From positions 1,728,011-1,792,010 of the forward strand of contig NC_019977.1 in NCBI RefSeq assembly GCF_000328665.1: DNA of 64,000 nucleotides, read 5' to 3'. Below are positions 1-10,949 of the stretch, piece after piece. The stretch's first letter is position 1, and the number at the start of each line of letters is the position of its first letter. Position numbers and translations under genes: made by a program. This stretch comes from Methanomethylovorans hollandica DSM 15978 (GTDB taxonomy: Archaea; Halobacteriota; Methanosarcinia; Methanosarcinales; Methanosarcinaceae). Below the pieces are notes generated by a model that searched no databases, had not been told where the DNA came from, and was given only the letters and a program-made list of their open reading frames with translations.

Positions 1-783
1 CTTCCAGCGAGGGAAATCTCCACGTTCAATACTTTCATAAAGATCCCTTTGGTGGCTCTCTCTATCTTTAGCGACTATCGCCTCAGCTTCTTCATCTGTA
101 AGATTTTTAATACCTTGCTGACACACAAGATGGAATTTTACCCATAACCGCTCGTTATTGCCATTGATCATGCTGTAGGCATGGCTTCCAAAACCATGCA
201 TATGCCTATAAGAGTAAGGAATGCCTCTGTCACTCATTGTGATGGTAACCTGATGAAGTGCTTCAGGCAGTGAAGTCCAGAAGTCCCAGTTATTCTTTGC
301 ACTTCTCATATTTGTACGTGGATCACGCTTGATCGCGTGATTAAGATCCGGGAATTTGAGCGGATCACGAAGGAAAAACACCGGAGTATTGTTGCCTACC
401 AGGTCCCAGTTGCCTTCTTCAGTGTAAAATTTCATCGCGAAACCGCGGATATCACGTTCAGCATCTGCAGCACCGCGTTCTCCCGCAACGGTAGAAAAGC
501 GCATAAATAAGTCAGTCTTCTTTCCGATATCAGAAAATATTTTGGCTTTAGTGTATCTCGTAATATCATGAGTTACAACAAATGTTCCAAATGCACCGGA
601 ACCTTTTGCATGCATACGTCTCTCAGGGATTACTTCCCTGTCAAAATGTGCAAGCTTCTCCAAAAACCAAACATCCTGTAACAGCTGCGGACCACGGGGA
701 CCGGCCGTTATCACATTCTGATTATCAGAAACAGGTGCTCCTGCCACTGTAGTCAGTTTTCCATTTAAATTCTTTCCGTTCAT
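1..783 (-). CDS. katA: Monofunctional heme catalase, 5' part (runs off window start)
   Basis: Manual translation from ATG at 783: [64 protein letters not shown]..., later RFSTVAGE and [11 protein letters not shown] catalase motifs; AGGAG RBS upstream. Confidence 0.96.
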   Translation of the reverse strand, partial: MNGKNLNGKLTTVAGAPVSDNQNVITAGPRGPQLLQDVWFLEKLAHFDREVIPERRMHAKGSGAFGTFVVTHDITRYTKAKIFSDIGKKTDLFMRFSTVAGERGAADAERDIRGFAMKFYTEEGNWDLVGNNTPVFFLRDPLKFPDLNHAIKRDPRTNMRSAKNNWDFWTSLPEALHQVTITMSDRGIPYSYRHMHGFGSHAYSMINGNNERLWVKFHLVCQQGIKNLTDEEAEAIVAKDRESHQRDLYESIERGDFPRWK

Positions 784-1063
784 AAAAAACTCCTATACAT
801 TAAACCCATTTTCTTACAATGCCACAAAATAAGCACAAAAATATAGGCTCAGACATTTCTAATGTCATGAGCCTTCAAGAGATCAATCCCTGAGCGGCAT
901 CAATTAGATGTTCTCGATTACCTTGAACATTTCCGCTAATCAAGCAACCACTTATCGGCAAGTGCCTCTTTTAGTTCACCTGGAAATCCATCTACATCGA
1001 TGCCAAAGATCTCTATTTCTTTTATCCCCTTTTAATCAGCTTCACTTAACAGGGGCATTCGGT

Positions 1064-1738
1064 TCAAGACTCTTTCTTAAAGCAGATGAACCAGTCCAGG
1101 CAATACTTGCCCTCTTCCTTTTGCTCGACGCGCTCTTTTGCAACACCGCATGAACCCGGTGGAGGGATTATGACGTCTTCGCCTGGCTGCCAGTTGGCAG
1201 GGGTTGCAATACCTTCGGCATCTGATTTCTGCATAGCCAGCAATAGCCTCTTGATCTCAGCCATGTTCCTGCCGTTGGACAGAGGGTAATAAAGTACAGC
1301 TCTTACCTTTGCTTTCGGGTCAATGATGAAAACCGCTCTTACTGCCTGTGTATTAGAAGCATTGGGTTGTACCATCCCATATTTCTTTGCAACGTCCATC
1401 CTGATATCTTCGATAACAGGGAAGGTAACTTCCACATTCTTCATTCCCTTGAACTCGATCTTCTCTTTGATGGTCCTAAGCCATGCAATATGAGCATATA
1501 TACTGTCGATGGAAAGGCCAATTAGCTCTGTGTTGAGTTCCTTGAACTCTTTCTGCATGGAAGCAAAGGTCATGAACTCGGTGGTACATACGGGAGTGAA
1601 ATCAGCAGGGTGGCTGAACAGGATCACCCATTTACCTTTATAATCCTCGGGGAATTTGATCTCGCCCATTGTTGTCTTTGCTGTGAATGCTGGTGCATCG
1701 TCGCCTATTAAAGGCATAGTTACTCTTTCTTCATCCAT
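1064..1738 (-). CDS. Peroxiredoxin (Prx6/archaeal AhpC-like)
   Basis: FSHPADFTPVCTTE peroxidatic motif, ATPANWQPG, C-terminal C-x5-C (CLDWFIC). Confidence 0.95.
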   Translation of the reverse strand: MDEERVTMPLIGDDAPAFTAKTTMGEIKFPEDYKGKWVILFSHPADFTPVCTTEFMTFASMQKEFKELNTELIGLSIDSIYAHIAWLRTIKEKIEFKGMKNVEVTFPVIEDIRMDVAKKYGMVQPNASNTQAVRAVFIIDPKAKVRAVLYYPLSNGRNMAEIKRLLLAMQKSDAEGIATPANWQPGEDVIIPPPGSCGVAKERVEQKEEGKYCLDWFICFKKES

Positions 1739-2150
1739 TTATGTTATCCTCCTTACATTTCTTGCATTTTCCATAAAAGTTAGTGTTCACTGAATCGATA
1801 CTGAATCCTTCTATACCGCCAGCTATCTTCATTGAATAATCGAACAATTCTTCTGACTCAAAATCTTCTATCTTCCCACAATCCCGACATATTAGGTGAT
1901 GGTGCGGTACGAAATTAGCTTCAAACCTTGTTACCCCTTTTACGTTCACCTCCTCAAGCAATCCTCTCTCAGAAAGGAATTTGAGATTCTTGTAGACTGT
2001 AGCCTTGCTTATACGGGTCAGTTTTTCTCTGACACCCTCATAAACCTCATCTACAGTGGGATGACCCCTGTGCTCCCGCAGAAAAGCTATAATCTCCACT
2101 CTTTGATTAGTGTATTTCATATCAGCTTTTCCTGTGATTTCCAATGTCAT
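1731..2150 (-). CDS. Fur family (PerR-like) transcriptional regulator
   Basis: HPTVDEVY, ISKATVYKNL, HHHLICRDCG and C-terminal CKKC; overlaps prx start. Confidence 0.92.
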   Translation of the reverse strand: MTLEITGKADMKYTNQRVEIIAFLREHRGHPTVDEVYEGVREKLTRISKATVYKNLKFLSERGLLEEVNVKGVTRFEANFVPHHHLICRDCGKIEDFESEELFDYSMKIAGGIEGFSIDSVNTNFYGKCKKCKEDNING

Positions 2151-2488
2151 TTCCCCCTGTACTTGCTTCTAAAGACGATTTTGTTATAGATACATATAAG
2201 AACTAATACTAAATAATGCTTATTATTATTTAATACTTACGTTTAATTAAAATTTGTTATCAAATAAATCTGGTTGTCAATAGCTCTTACTAAAAATTCC
2301 CATAGCATTAATTTGTTTAATACCATAAATATGTCATTTTATATATATATATATAGATATAGATATGCGTGTGTGTACCACCTATTTTGGATAACGTATT
2401 TACTTTTGTCTTTGGATGAACACACATAAAAATCCGATCTCAAAGGTTCAGTTTATATACCCACCTGTACAATGAAATCAGGATTAAG

Positions 2489-3262
2489 ATGAGCAGGATC
2501 AAGATGCTTTCATGGAATGTAAATGGCCTTCGGGCAGCTTATAAAAAAGGATTTATGGAAATTTTCACAGCACATGGGCCAGATATTCTATGTCTGCAGG
2601 AAACAAAGGCACAGGAGGAACAGTTACCTTCCGCTCTGCGGCATGTGGATGGATATAAAGCATATTTTTCCTCCGCAGAGAAAAAAGGATATAGTGGAGT
2701 AGGCCTGTACACCAAACAAGAGCCGCTTGAAGTAAGATATGAACTTGGAAAGGCAAAGTTCGATACTGAGGGTAGAGTCATAGCCTCTGATTTTGGAGAT
2801 TTCATACTCTTTAATGTATATTTCCCCAATGGCAAAGCCTCTAAGGAGCGGCTTGATTTCAAAATGGAATTCTATGATGCATTTCTCGATCATCTCGATG
2901 CCCTCAAAGCACAGGGCAAAAAAATCATAATTTGCGGTGATGTGAACACAGCACATAAGGAAATAGACCTGGCACGCCCAAAAGAGAATGAAAAAGTATC
3001 TGGTTTCCTGCCCCTGGAAAGAGCCTGGATAGGCAAATTAATAGATCATGGCTATCTGGATACGTTACGCATGTTCAGCGACCAGCCTGGCCAGTACACG
3101 TGGTGGGACATGAAAACAAAAGCAAGGGAAAGAAATGTGGGGTGGAGAATTGATTACTTCTTTGCCAGTGATAATCTGAAAGATAACATAATATCTGCCT
3201 TCATTCTGCCCGATATAATGGGTTCGGATCACTGTCCCATTGGTTTAGAACTTGAAATTTGA
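2489..3262 (+). CDS. xth: Exodeoxyribonuclease III / AP endonuclease
   Basis: [35 protein letters not shown]. Confidence 0.96.
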   Translation: MSRIKMLSWNVNGLRAAYKKGFMEIFTAHGPDILCLQETKAQEEQLPSALRHVDGYKAYFSSAEKKGYSGVGLYTKQEPLEVRYELGKAKFDTEGRVIASDFGDFILFNVYFPNGKASKERLDFKMEFYDAFLDHLDALKAQGKKIIICGDVNTAHKEIDLARPKENEKVSGFLPLERAWIGKLIDHGYLDTLRMFSDQPGQYTWWDMKTKARERNVGWRIDYFFASDNLKDNIISAFILPDIMGSDHCPIGLELEI

Positions 3263-3290
3263 ATACTTGTAATAGATGAAATGGCTCTGT

Positions 3291-3746
3291 TCAGGCAATT
3301 GCATTCAGAGCCAGATCTACAGCTTCCACAGGGTCATTTGCCTGAATTATACCATCAACTTCCCATTTGCATGCTATGGTAACGACCTGCTTGCCCATTT
3401 TGAGGGCCAGAGCGATCTCCGAAAGAGTACCATATTCTCCACCCACTGCTATCACAACATCAGAGGATGCGACAACTATGGCATTGCGTGCATGTCCCAT
3501 ATTGGTCACGATCTGGTAATCAATATACCGGTTAGCATCTTCACGGCTATTACCCGGCAGGATACCTATAGTGGTCCCTCCCTGCCGCTTAGCTCCGCGT
3601 GCGCAGGCTTCCATCACGCCCTCCAATCCTCCGCATATAAGAAGCACGCCGCGTATGGCAAGCTCACGGCCTATTTCTTCAGCGATCATCTCAGTCTTAT
3701 TGTCACACACCCCGCCACCAATTACTCCTACCTGCATCTTTGCCAT
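3291..3746 (-). CDS. TIGR00725 family LOG/Rossmann-fold protein
   Basis: CGGLEGVMEA, GHARN, GGEYGTLSE. Confidence 0.88.
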   Translation of the reverse strand: MAKMQVGVIGGGVCDNKTEMIAEEIGRELAIRGVLLICGGLEGVMEACARGAKRQGGTTIGILPGNSREDANRYIDYQIVTNMGHARNAIVVASSDVVIAVGGEYGTLSEIALALKMGKQVVTIACKWEVDGIIQANDPVEAVDLALNAIA

Positions 3747-3775
3747 ACATTACCCTCCATAGTGTTAGATGAATG

Positions 3776-4297
3776 TCAGATATATTCAGCCTGAACCTTA
3801 AGTATCTCCTTGCTGTCCTTAGCCATGGAATATTCCTCCAGTGGCTCACGGTTAACTTCCAGAAAAGTATGGCCCCAGTTGAACTTGGATAATATACTGG
3901 CAGCTTGTTCCTTATACCCCAGTATATAAAGAGAAGCAGCAAATGCTTCTACTGATGTAAGTTTGAACGGGCGGCCGAAGTTCACCGGATTGCCTGCAAC
4001 AAGATACGGCAAAGCACGATGCTGCAGGTCAAGCACTAACAATTGAGGAAAGACTGCTTCTACATGTTCCCAGGAGCAGTCCAGTACAGTAAGCCCTTTT
4101 GTTATACTGTCAGCAGGAGAAAGAGCCTTTTCGGCCATAGGGTCAAGGAGAATGGAACCTCTGGGAATGGCATTCACCTTTTCCACAAGTCTTGCAAGCT
4201 TGAAGCGTACCATTTTTTTACCAGTGCATTTTTTAGGATCACACTGCCCTGCGTGATAAAGATATAGACGAACTTCTCTAGGTCTGCTTTTTTCCAT
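3776..4297 (-). CDS. tsr3: 16S rRNA aminocarboxypropyltransferase Tsr3
   Basis: [36 protein letters not shown]; start placed at MEKSRP (4297). Confidence 0.93.
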   Translation of the reverse strand: MEKSRPREVRLYLYHAGQCDPKKCTGKKMVRFKLARLVEKVNAIPRGSILLDPMAEKALSPADSITKGLTVLDCSWEHVEAVFPQLLVLDLQHRALPYLVAGNPVNFGRPFKLTSVEAFAASLYILGYKEQAASILSKFNWGHTFLEVNREPLEEYSMAKDSKEILKVQAEYI

Positions 4298-4434
4298 ACA
4301 TTGGTGATGGACTTTCGTATATATAGCATGAGCGAGATTTAATAGCAATTATAATATAGTTATCTTTTTATATATTAGTTGCGTATTTTTCTTTATACTT
4401 TTAGGAGCAAAAATGAAAATAGAAAATAGGAGTT

Positions 4435-5253
4435 ATGAAAAAGATGGCTGCCAAAATATATACGATAACCTCTGGAAAAGGAGGGACTGGCAAAAGCATA
4501 TTTGCTGTCAATCTGGCAGCGGCACTTGCTGGACTTGCAAAAAAGACCCTGCTGATAGATGCTGACCTTTGCATGGCTGATATCGGTCTTATGTTGGGAA
4601 TGGAGAACAGCAAGATCACACTACACGAAGTGCTGGCCGATGAAGCGAACGTAGCTGATGCACTATACGACGGGCCTAACGGACTTAGGGTTCTGCCCTG
4701 TAGCATCTCTTTAGAGGGGTTCAAAAAAGCAGACCCTTCCAGGATTAAGGATGTTATCAGCGAACTTACACCGAATTTTGAATTTATTATCATTGACACA
4801 TCCACAGGCATAAATAGTGCAACAGCAGCCTCTATTGAAGTATGTGACGAGGTCTTGCTGGTCCTCACACCTGATATAACATCTATTGCCGATGGTTCTA
4901 AGATGAGAGCATTTGCAGCATTATTAGGTAAAGAAGTAACAGGAGTGATATTGAACAGAACTATGCCTGTACATGATGAAACGTACAGGGAGAAACTCAT
5001 GATTTCCCTTGATCTTAAAGTACTTGAGGTATTACCCGAAGATGTGAGCATACCCGATTGTATTGCAGGTAAAAGCCCCGTAGTCACTAAATATCCTTAT
5101 TGTGAGGTAGCTATTGCCATGAACAAGCTTGCAGCACTATTCTCTGGAATAAAGATGCCTGAACCTGAAGAAGGAAAGGGGCAAAAGAAGCAAAAGAATA
5201 AAAAGAAGCGCATTACAGGTGCAAAGCTACCCTTTTCCCAGTCCAAGAAATGA
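4435..5253 (+). CDS. minD: MinD/ParA-family ATPase
   Basis: Deviant Walker A SGKGGTGKS, LIDADL, IIIDT; overlaps next gene. Confidence 0.85.
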   Translation: MKKMAAKIYTITSGKGGTGKSIFAVNLAAALAGLAKKTLLIDADLCMADIGLMLGMENSKITLHEVLADEANVADALYDGPNGLRVLPCSISLEGFKKADPSRIKDVISELTPNFEFIIIDTSTGINSATAASIEVCDEVLLVLTPDITSIADGSKMRAFAALLGKEVTGVILNRTMPVHDETYREKLMISLDLKVLEVLPEDVSIPDCIAGKSPVVTKYPYCEVAIAMNKLAALFSGIKMPEPEEGKGQKKQKNKKKRITGAKLPFSQSKK

Positions 5254-7175
5254 GAGGTCATATCATGGATCTTGCTGATGGAATCCGATATAATCGAAAT
5301 TCAGATGAAGTTTCTCTTCATGTGTCGCAAGGAATAGATATAGCTCAAAAGAATTCTAAAACTGAGGAAATTATCGCCCTCCTCGCAGATATTAACAGTG
5401 ATGTTGTTTCTGACGATAACATAAATAGCCTGAAAAAACGCATCGAAACCGACCATTCACAATTGATTAAGGGCTATAACATTAATTTTACTATAAATAA
5501 TAACTGGGAACAAAAAATAAGAAGTGTCATTGCCAGCAAGGATCTGCATATAGAATGCGCCTCAAAAGTACAGGAAAAACAACAAATTCCTTTACACCAG
5601 CGCTTGATAACGCTTATTTCTAACAATCCTGAAGAGGAAGAAGAATACAATATCGCAGTACATGGTCCTATTGTAGATTTTGGTGTACCTGAAGGGAGCA
5701 ATTTCAAAGAGATAGAAATGTACGCGGTAAATCCTCCATATGCTTATATAAGGATGGCATATGATCCGTTTGCGCATGAATACCAGTATCAAGTACTCGA
5801 ACCCCTGCTTTCAGAAGAGGAAAAGAGACTTTTGGAAAATATAAAACAACGATTAATAGAAACCCTGGAACTCAACCTGAAGCAAAGTGATCACAAGAAT
5901 GCTGAAAAATACCTGAGAAAGCATACAAAGAAATATCTTAGAGAATACAAGATAGACATCTCTGTCCGTAAAAAAGAAAGAGTGATGTATCACTTGATCC
6001 GGGATTTCCTTGGATTCGGAAGAATAGATGCTATCATGCGGGACATGCGACTTGAGGATGTATCATGTGATGGCCCCAACACTCCCATATATATCTACCA
6101 CAAGGCCTACAATTCAGTGCCTACGAATGTGATTTTCTCAGATGATGATGAGCTTGATTCCTTTGCCATAAGGATAGCCCAGCTATGCGGAAGGCATATA
6201 TCCATAGCAAATCCGCTTCTTGATGCAACAATGCCCGATGGATCACGCATTCAGATAACCCTTGGAAGGGAAGTCACTACCCGAGGAAGCACATTTACCA
6301 TAAGGCGGTTCAATGAGAATCCTATCACTCCGGCAAATCTCGTAAATTTCCACACTTTCTCCACGGCAATGATGGCATATCTGTGGATGGCTGTGGACTC
6401 GAGCAAGAGCATCGTATTCGTGGGTGGTACTGCATCAGGTAAAACCACTGCAATGAATGCTGTATCTCTTTTTATCCAGCCTGAAATGAAGATCGTATCA
6501 ATAGAAGATACAAGGGAACTTAATCTTTCACATCCCAACTGGATACCTGGCGTGACCAGAGAGTCCTTTGCAGGTGAAGAAAGAGGATCTATCCAGATGT
6601 ATGAGCTTCTCAGGGCATCCCTGCGACAAAGGCCGGAATATATTCTTGTGGGTGAAGTACGTGGAGCAGAGGCTTATGTCCTTTTCCAGGCCATGTCCAC
6701 AGGCCACACTACGTTCTCTACCATGCATGCCGATTCAGTACAGTCCGTAGTGCACAGGCTTGAAAATCCCCCTATCAATGTTCCAAGGATCATGATACAG
6801 GCTCTTGATATTGTTTCTATTCAAGCGCAGGTAAAAGTGAATAATGAGAGGGTAAGAAGATGCAAATCCCTTACAGAAATTGTGGGTGTGGACCCAAGAA
6901 CGGGTGAATTGCTCACGAACGAAGTTTTCACCTGGGATGCGGCAAAGGATAATTTCCAGTATTCAGGTCGTTCATATATACTGGAAAGCATCATGGAGAA
7001 CAGGGGATGGAACGAAGAGAAACTTAAGGATGAACTTAAGAAGAGACAGGACCTTCTTGAATGGGCACGTTTGAAAAAGATAAGTCACTACAAGGATTTT
7101 GCTAAACTTGTGGTGACATATGGCAGGGAACCTGAGACTATAATGAATATGGTAAGGCAGGACCGGAATGACTAA
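5250..7175 (+). CDS. Type IV pilus/type II secretion assembly ATPase (FlaI/TadA-like)
   Basis: GGTASGKTT, SIEDTREL, LRQRPEYILVGEVRG, MSTGH, HAD. Confidence 0.93.
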   Translation: MRGHIMDLADGIRYNRNSDEVSLHVSQGIDIAQKNSKTEEIIALLADINSDVVSDDNINSLKKRIETDHSQLIKGYNINFTINNNWEQKIRSVIASKDLHIECASKVQEKQQIPLHQRLITLISNNPEEEEEYNIAVHGPIVDFGVPEGSNFKEIEMYAVNPPYAYIRMAYDPFAHEYQYQVLEPLLSEEEKRLLENIKQRLIETLELNLKQSDHKNAEKYLRKHTKKYLREYKIDISVRKKERVMYHLIRDFLGFGRIDAIMRDMRLEDVSCDGPNTPIYIYHKAYNSVPTNVIFSDDDELDSFAIRIAQLCGRHISIANPLLDATMPDGSRIQITLGREVTTRGSTFTIRRFNENPITPANLVNFHTFSTAMMAYLWMAVDSSKSIVFVGGTASGKTTAMNAVSLFIQPEMKIVSIEDTRELNLSHPNWIPGVTRESFAGEERGSIQMYELLRASLRQRPEYILVGEVRGAEAYVLFQAMSTGHTTFSTMHADSVQSVVHRLENPPINVPRIMIQALDIVSIQAQVKVNNERVRRCKSLTEIVGVDPRTGELLTNEVFTWDAAKDNFQYSGRSYILESIMENRGWNEEKLKDELKKRQDLLEWARLKKISHYKDFAKLVVTYGREPETIMNMVRQDRND

Positions 7176-8091
7176 TATTTATTTCAATGTAGCCTATGAG
7201 ATGTTCGGAGAATATTATGAAAAACGAAGGCACGAATATTATGGTCTTCGTTTGAACATGCTCCGCAACCGAATGAGCATTGGTTACGATATGTACATGT
7301 CCGGTGCCGTACTTACCGCTTTTGTATGTATGTTCTTCCCACTTATTGCTGCAAACCTGGTCTTCTATTTTTTGGGAGTCCCTGATTTCACAGGCTCAAG
7401 GATCGGTGCTCCTCAATGGTTGTTCCAGTTCAGCGAGTACAAAACAGCAGCTATATGGCTGCTACTTAATGTTATCACAGGGATACTTGTTTTCAGTGCG
7501 GTGTACAAGACCTTTGTGATATATCCCGCTGTCATGGCTGGAGAAAGGAAGAGAGGAATAGAACGCATGCTTCCTTATGCCATTAATTACATGTCCTCAA
7601 TGGCAGGAGCCGGAGTGCTGCCTTTGGACCTGTTCCGTTCTCTTGCTTCTAATAACATATACAGGGATGTGGCAGTAGAGGCAAGATACCTGGTACGGGA
7701 TATCGAGGTACTGGGCCACAATCTTGTAACAGGGATGAGGAACCTTGCCCTTACAACACCTTCACCTTCTTTACAGGATTTCCTGCAGGGAGCTATTACT
7801 GTCATCACATCAGGGGGAGAACTGGAACCATATTTCAAGATAAAGACAGAGCAGTATCTCATAGAGAACAGACAAAAACAAAAAGAGTTCTTAGAGACTC
7901 TGGGGCTGCTGGGTGAAACCTATGTTACAGCTTTTGTTGCAGGCCCTTTGTTCATGATAGTGGTCATATCGATCATGGCAATAATGGGAGGAGCTGAAAT
8001 GGTATTTTTATATCTGCTTATCTATGCGGTCATACCCTTTGGAAGCGCAATGTACATTTTACTTATAAGTAGCATGACGCCGGAGGCATGA
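7168..8091 (+). CDS. T2SS-F / TadC-like membrane platform protein
   Basis: Multi-TM, LPYAINYMSSMAGAG, TTPS motif; coupled to ATPase gene. Confidence 0.88.
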   Translation: MTNIYFNVAYEMFGEYYEKRRHEYYGLRLNMLRNRMSIGYDMYMSGAVLTAFVCMFFPLIAANLVFYFLGVPDFTGSRIGAPQWLFQFSEYKTAAIWLLLNVITGILVFSAVYKTFVIYPAVMAGERKRGIERMLPYAINYMSSMAGAGVLPLDLFRSLASNNIYRDVAVEARYLVRDIEVLGHNLVTGMRNLALTTPSPSLQDFLQGAITVITSGGELEPYFKIKTEQYLIENRQKQKEFLETLGLLGETYVTAFVAGPLFMIVVISIMAIMGGAEMVFLYLLIYAVIPFGSAMYILLISSMTPEA

Positions 8092-9083
8092 AAATGGAAT
8101 GGAAGAAGCTATTTAAAAATGACTTCCCAGTAAATCCAAATTTAGATGAGAGAACACTCCGTCACATGGAAGATGCTACCGTACGTGTCGGACTGGAAAA
8201 TTCGCGTAAGAACGTCGTGTTGAAACAGTTCATAAAAGATCCGTACATGACGCTGTGTGCCTATCCGGACTATACGTTCATAATCACTACACCGGTTGCG
8301 CTGGTATTTCTCATAGCGGGTCTTATGCGAAACTGGCCAAATCCTATAATAGACGATGTGATCTTCTTCAGTGTCCTGATAGCTATATTCCCTGCTTCCA
8401 TAATGTATCAGAAGAAGATGAAGCATATAACTAAAATAGAAGAATACCTGCCTACATTTCTGAGGGATATTTCAGAAATGAGCCGGGCGGGGCTTACTCT
8501 TTCCAGATCAGTAGCCACTGTGGCAAAAGGAGAGTACGGAGAACTTTCTCCAGAGATAAAAAAGATGAATGACCTCATGTCCTGGGGAGTCTCTTTTGAA
8601 AAGGCATTGCTCACTTTTGCACGCCGTATGAATACTGCTCTTATTGACAGGTCTGTTGCTTTGATCACTCAGGCTAGCAAGGCAGGAGGACGAGTTTCCC
8701 AGGTGCTGGAAGCTGCTGCCAGGGACTCTACTGAAGTGAAACAGATCGAGAGGGAAAGAAAGGGTAACATGATGGTCTATCTGGTGATCATCTACATGTC
8801 CTTCTTCGTGTTCCTCTTCGTTATAGCCATGCTTGCAATGACTTTTGTGCCCACTATGGCAACAGCAGGCCAGGCGGCCACAGATGCCGGAGCAGGCGGC
8901 CAGTTCATAGGTGCTTTCGATCCAGGCATGTTCATAAGGGTGATGTTCCATGCATCTCTTGTTCAGGGCTTCTTCAGCGGACTTGTAGCAGGGCAGATGG
9001 GAGAAGGAGCCATATCTGCGGGGCTGAAACATTCCATAGTACTATCGATGATAGCCTGGATCACATTCACCTTTTTTATCTGA
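8088..9083 (+). CDS. Second T2SS-F / TadC-like membrane protein
   Basis: LPTFLRDISEMSRAG, YGELSPE, C-terminal GQMGEG..AGLKH. Confidence 0.88.
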   Translation: MKMEWKKLFKNDFPVNPNLDERTLRHMEDATVRVGLENSRKNVVLKQFIKDPYMTLCAYPDYTFIITTPVALVFLIAGLMRNWPNPIIDDVIFFSVLIAIFPASIMYQKKMKHITKIEEYLPTFLRDISEMSRAGLTLSRSVATVAKGEYGELSPEIKKMNDLMSWGVSFEKALLTFARRMNTALIDRSVALITQASKAGGRVSQVLEAAARDSTEVKQIERERKGNMMVYLVIIYMSFFVFLFVIAMLAMTFVPTMATAGQAATDAGAGGQFIGAFDPGMFIRVMFHASLVQGFFSGLVAGQMGEGAISAGLKHSIVLSMIAWITFTFFI

Positions 9084-9657
9084 GATGGCAGAAAGCTGTG
9101 AGGGCCTGGTCCCTCACTTCTTGAAAAAGATCGTGCCCATGGGCATCTATGCCAACTACGAGAGGACCAAAGTGTTCGACCTCAAGTTCCCATACGGCTT
9201 CAGGCATTCCTAATTGTGGCCAGTATACGGATCGAACATTTTTTATTGCCTCTGCAGCAAGCGCAGCACATCCTCCGGTATAGGCAAGATATACACACTT
9301 TCCCTTAAGTGCATCAGCCACTCCCTGCATACCGCCTTTTCCAATGAGGACACGAATAGCATGTCTTTCAAGCAACCTGGGAGTCATACCGGCCATTCTG
9401 GCGCTTGTGGTAGGACCGGCGGCAACTGCTTCCCATTTATCTTCATCTTCTTTGACCATCAGAGGACCACAGTGATATATAGCCGCACCTTCAAGCTCAA
9501 AGGGCAGTTCTTTACCTGCTTCATCTAATTTCAGAATATGAGCATGGGCTTCATCCCTGGCAGTGTATACAATGCCGCTTACGTACACAATATCTCCGGC
9601 ATGCAGCTTTATTATATCATCTATTTGCAGGGGCGTGGTTAAGTCATACTTGCTCAT
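9076..9657 (-). CDS. Class I fumarate hydratase beta subunit
   Basis: YTARDEAH, IYHCGP, AGPTTSARM, IGKGGM, GMPEA. Confidence 0.92.
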   Translation of the reverse strand: MSKYDLTTPLQIDDIIKLHAGDIVYVSGIVYTARDEAHAHILKLDEAGKELPFELEGAAIYHCGPLMVKEDEDKWEAVAAGPTTSARMAGMTPRLLERHAIRVLIGKGGMQGVADALKGKCVYLAYTGGCAALAAEAIKNVRSVYWPQLGMPEAVWELEVEHFGPLVVGIDAHGHDLFQEVRDQALTAFCHLR

Positions 9658-10483
9658 GCCTTCCCTCCAGCACTACTTTTGCATGCCTGTTTGCCCAGCA
9701 TTGAATGTTCACAGCTACGGGAAGAGATGCAGTGTGGCAGTGTGCCTGTTTTACATGTACGGCAAGAGCAGTTGTGGTACCACCCATGCCCATGGGACCA
9801 ATTCCCAGAGAATTGATGCCCTTGAGCAGCTCAAGCTCAAAAGGATCCATGTATTTTATATCCGTCAGAAGAGCTTGCTTTGCAAGTCTTGCTGCCTTGT
9901 CAAAGGAACCACCGATCCCTACCCCCACAATGATAGGTGGACAAGGCATTCCACCTGCTTTAAGCACGGTCTCCAGCACGAATTCCCTGATCCTGGAAAT
10001 CTCTGTGGGATTGAACATGCGCAGAGCGCTCATATTCTCAGAGCCAGCACCTTTGGGAGCTACAGTGATGCTAAGCTTGTTGCCTTCCACAAAACTGTAA
10101 TTGATGTCCGGCAGACCGGCACCCGTATTATCCCCGCTGTTCTTCCGGGAAAGGGGAGATACGGCATTTGGCCGAAGAGGCACTTGAATTGTTGCACGGC
10201 GTACACCCTCGACAATAGCGCCTTCAAGATCAAAATCCAATGTAAGAGAACGACCGATATCTACAAAGAACACCATGATACCTGTGTCCTGACACATAGG
10301 TACCGATCGACTTTTGGCAAGTTCGATATTCTTTAAGATCGCCGCAAGCTGTGCTCTGGCAGTTTCAGATGTTTCCCGTTCATATGCATTCTCAATAGCA
10401 TCAATGACATCAGGAGGCAGACAGATCTCTGCTTCTCTTATAATGTTCACTGTTGCCAAAACAACGTCATCATAAGTTACCAT
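9644..10483 (-). CDS. Class I fumarate hydratase alpha subunit (Fe-S)
   Basis: PMCQDTG, PKGAGSEN, PCPP, GIGPMGMGG, QCWANR; start placed at MVTYDD. Confidence 0.92.
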   Translation of the reverse strand: MVTYDDVVLATVNIIREAEICLPPDVIDAIENAYERETSETARAQLAAILKNIELAKSRSVPMCQDTGIMVFFVDIGRSLTLDFDLEGAIVEGVRRATIQVPLRPNAVSPLSRKNSGDNTGAGLPDINYSFVEGNKLSITVAPKGAGSENMSALRMFNPTEISRIREFVLETVLKAGGMPCPPIIVGVGIGGSFDKAARLAKQALLTDIKYMDPFELELLKGINSLGIGPMGMGGTTTALAVHVKQAHCHTASLPVAVNIQCWANRHAKVVLEGRHEQV

Positions 10484-10543
10484 TCCTGTCAAAGAACCAC
10501 TCCTGATAAGATGCGAAACCCTTTTTATCAATGTTACTGACAT

Positions 10544-10627
10544 TTACTTTTTGTTAAGCTGGGCATAGACCGCTGCCGCGACTATTATGCAGCCATATAG
10601 TCCTAATTTGATAGTTTTGATTATCAT
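10544..10627 (-). CDS. Putative 27-aa single-TM small protein MIIKTIKLGLYGCIIVAAAVYAQLNKK
   Basis: Manual translation; GGTGAGTGGTGGA RBS-like sequence before ATG; hydrophobic core with basic ends. Confidence 0.5.
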   Translation of the reverse strand: MIIKTIKLGLYGCIIVAAAVYAQLNKK

Positions 10628-10866
10628 TCCACCACTCACCCATTAAGCTAAGCTTGCAGACTATTATTGAGCTAAACTTTGTTTTTTGTAACGGGTACCA
10701 CTTCTAGTCCCTCAGACAGAACTTCCCTCTGATGTTCAACTATATTAATATATCTCATGCTGATAATTGGAAATTATTGTCATGAGCTCACAAGGAAAAT
10801 ACAACTAAAACCAGGATCATATGGAATAAATAATGACCCACAACAGGAACAGACTGTATTTATAGG

Positions 10867-10949
10867 TGCGGGAGAAGGGATTCGAACCCCCGAACGCCTG
10901 CGCGAGTAGATCTTGAGTCTACCACCTTTGGCCGCTTGGTTACTCCCGC
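10867..10949 (-). tRNA. tRNA-Leu(CAA)
   Basis: GCGGGAG...GTAGA-CT-CAA-GA-TCTAC, long variable arm, GGTTCGAATCC T-loop, acceptor CTCCCGC-A. Confidence 0.96.

Noticed and set aside
2338..2366. (AT)n/ATAG microsatellite-like run
   Set aside because: Short AT-rich promoter-region sequence with no spacer structure and no support for a function
10630..10866. Possible integrated element at the tRNA-Leu 3' end
   Set aside because: No integrase and no duplicated tRNA 3' end (att site) seen in the window
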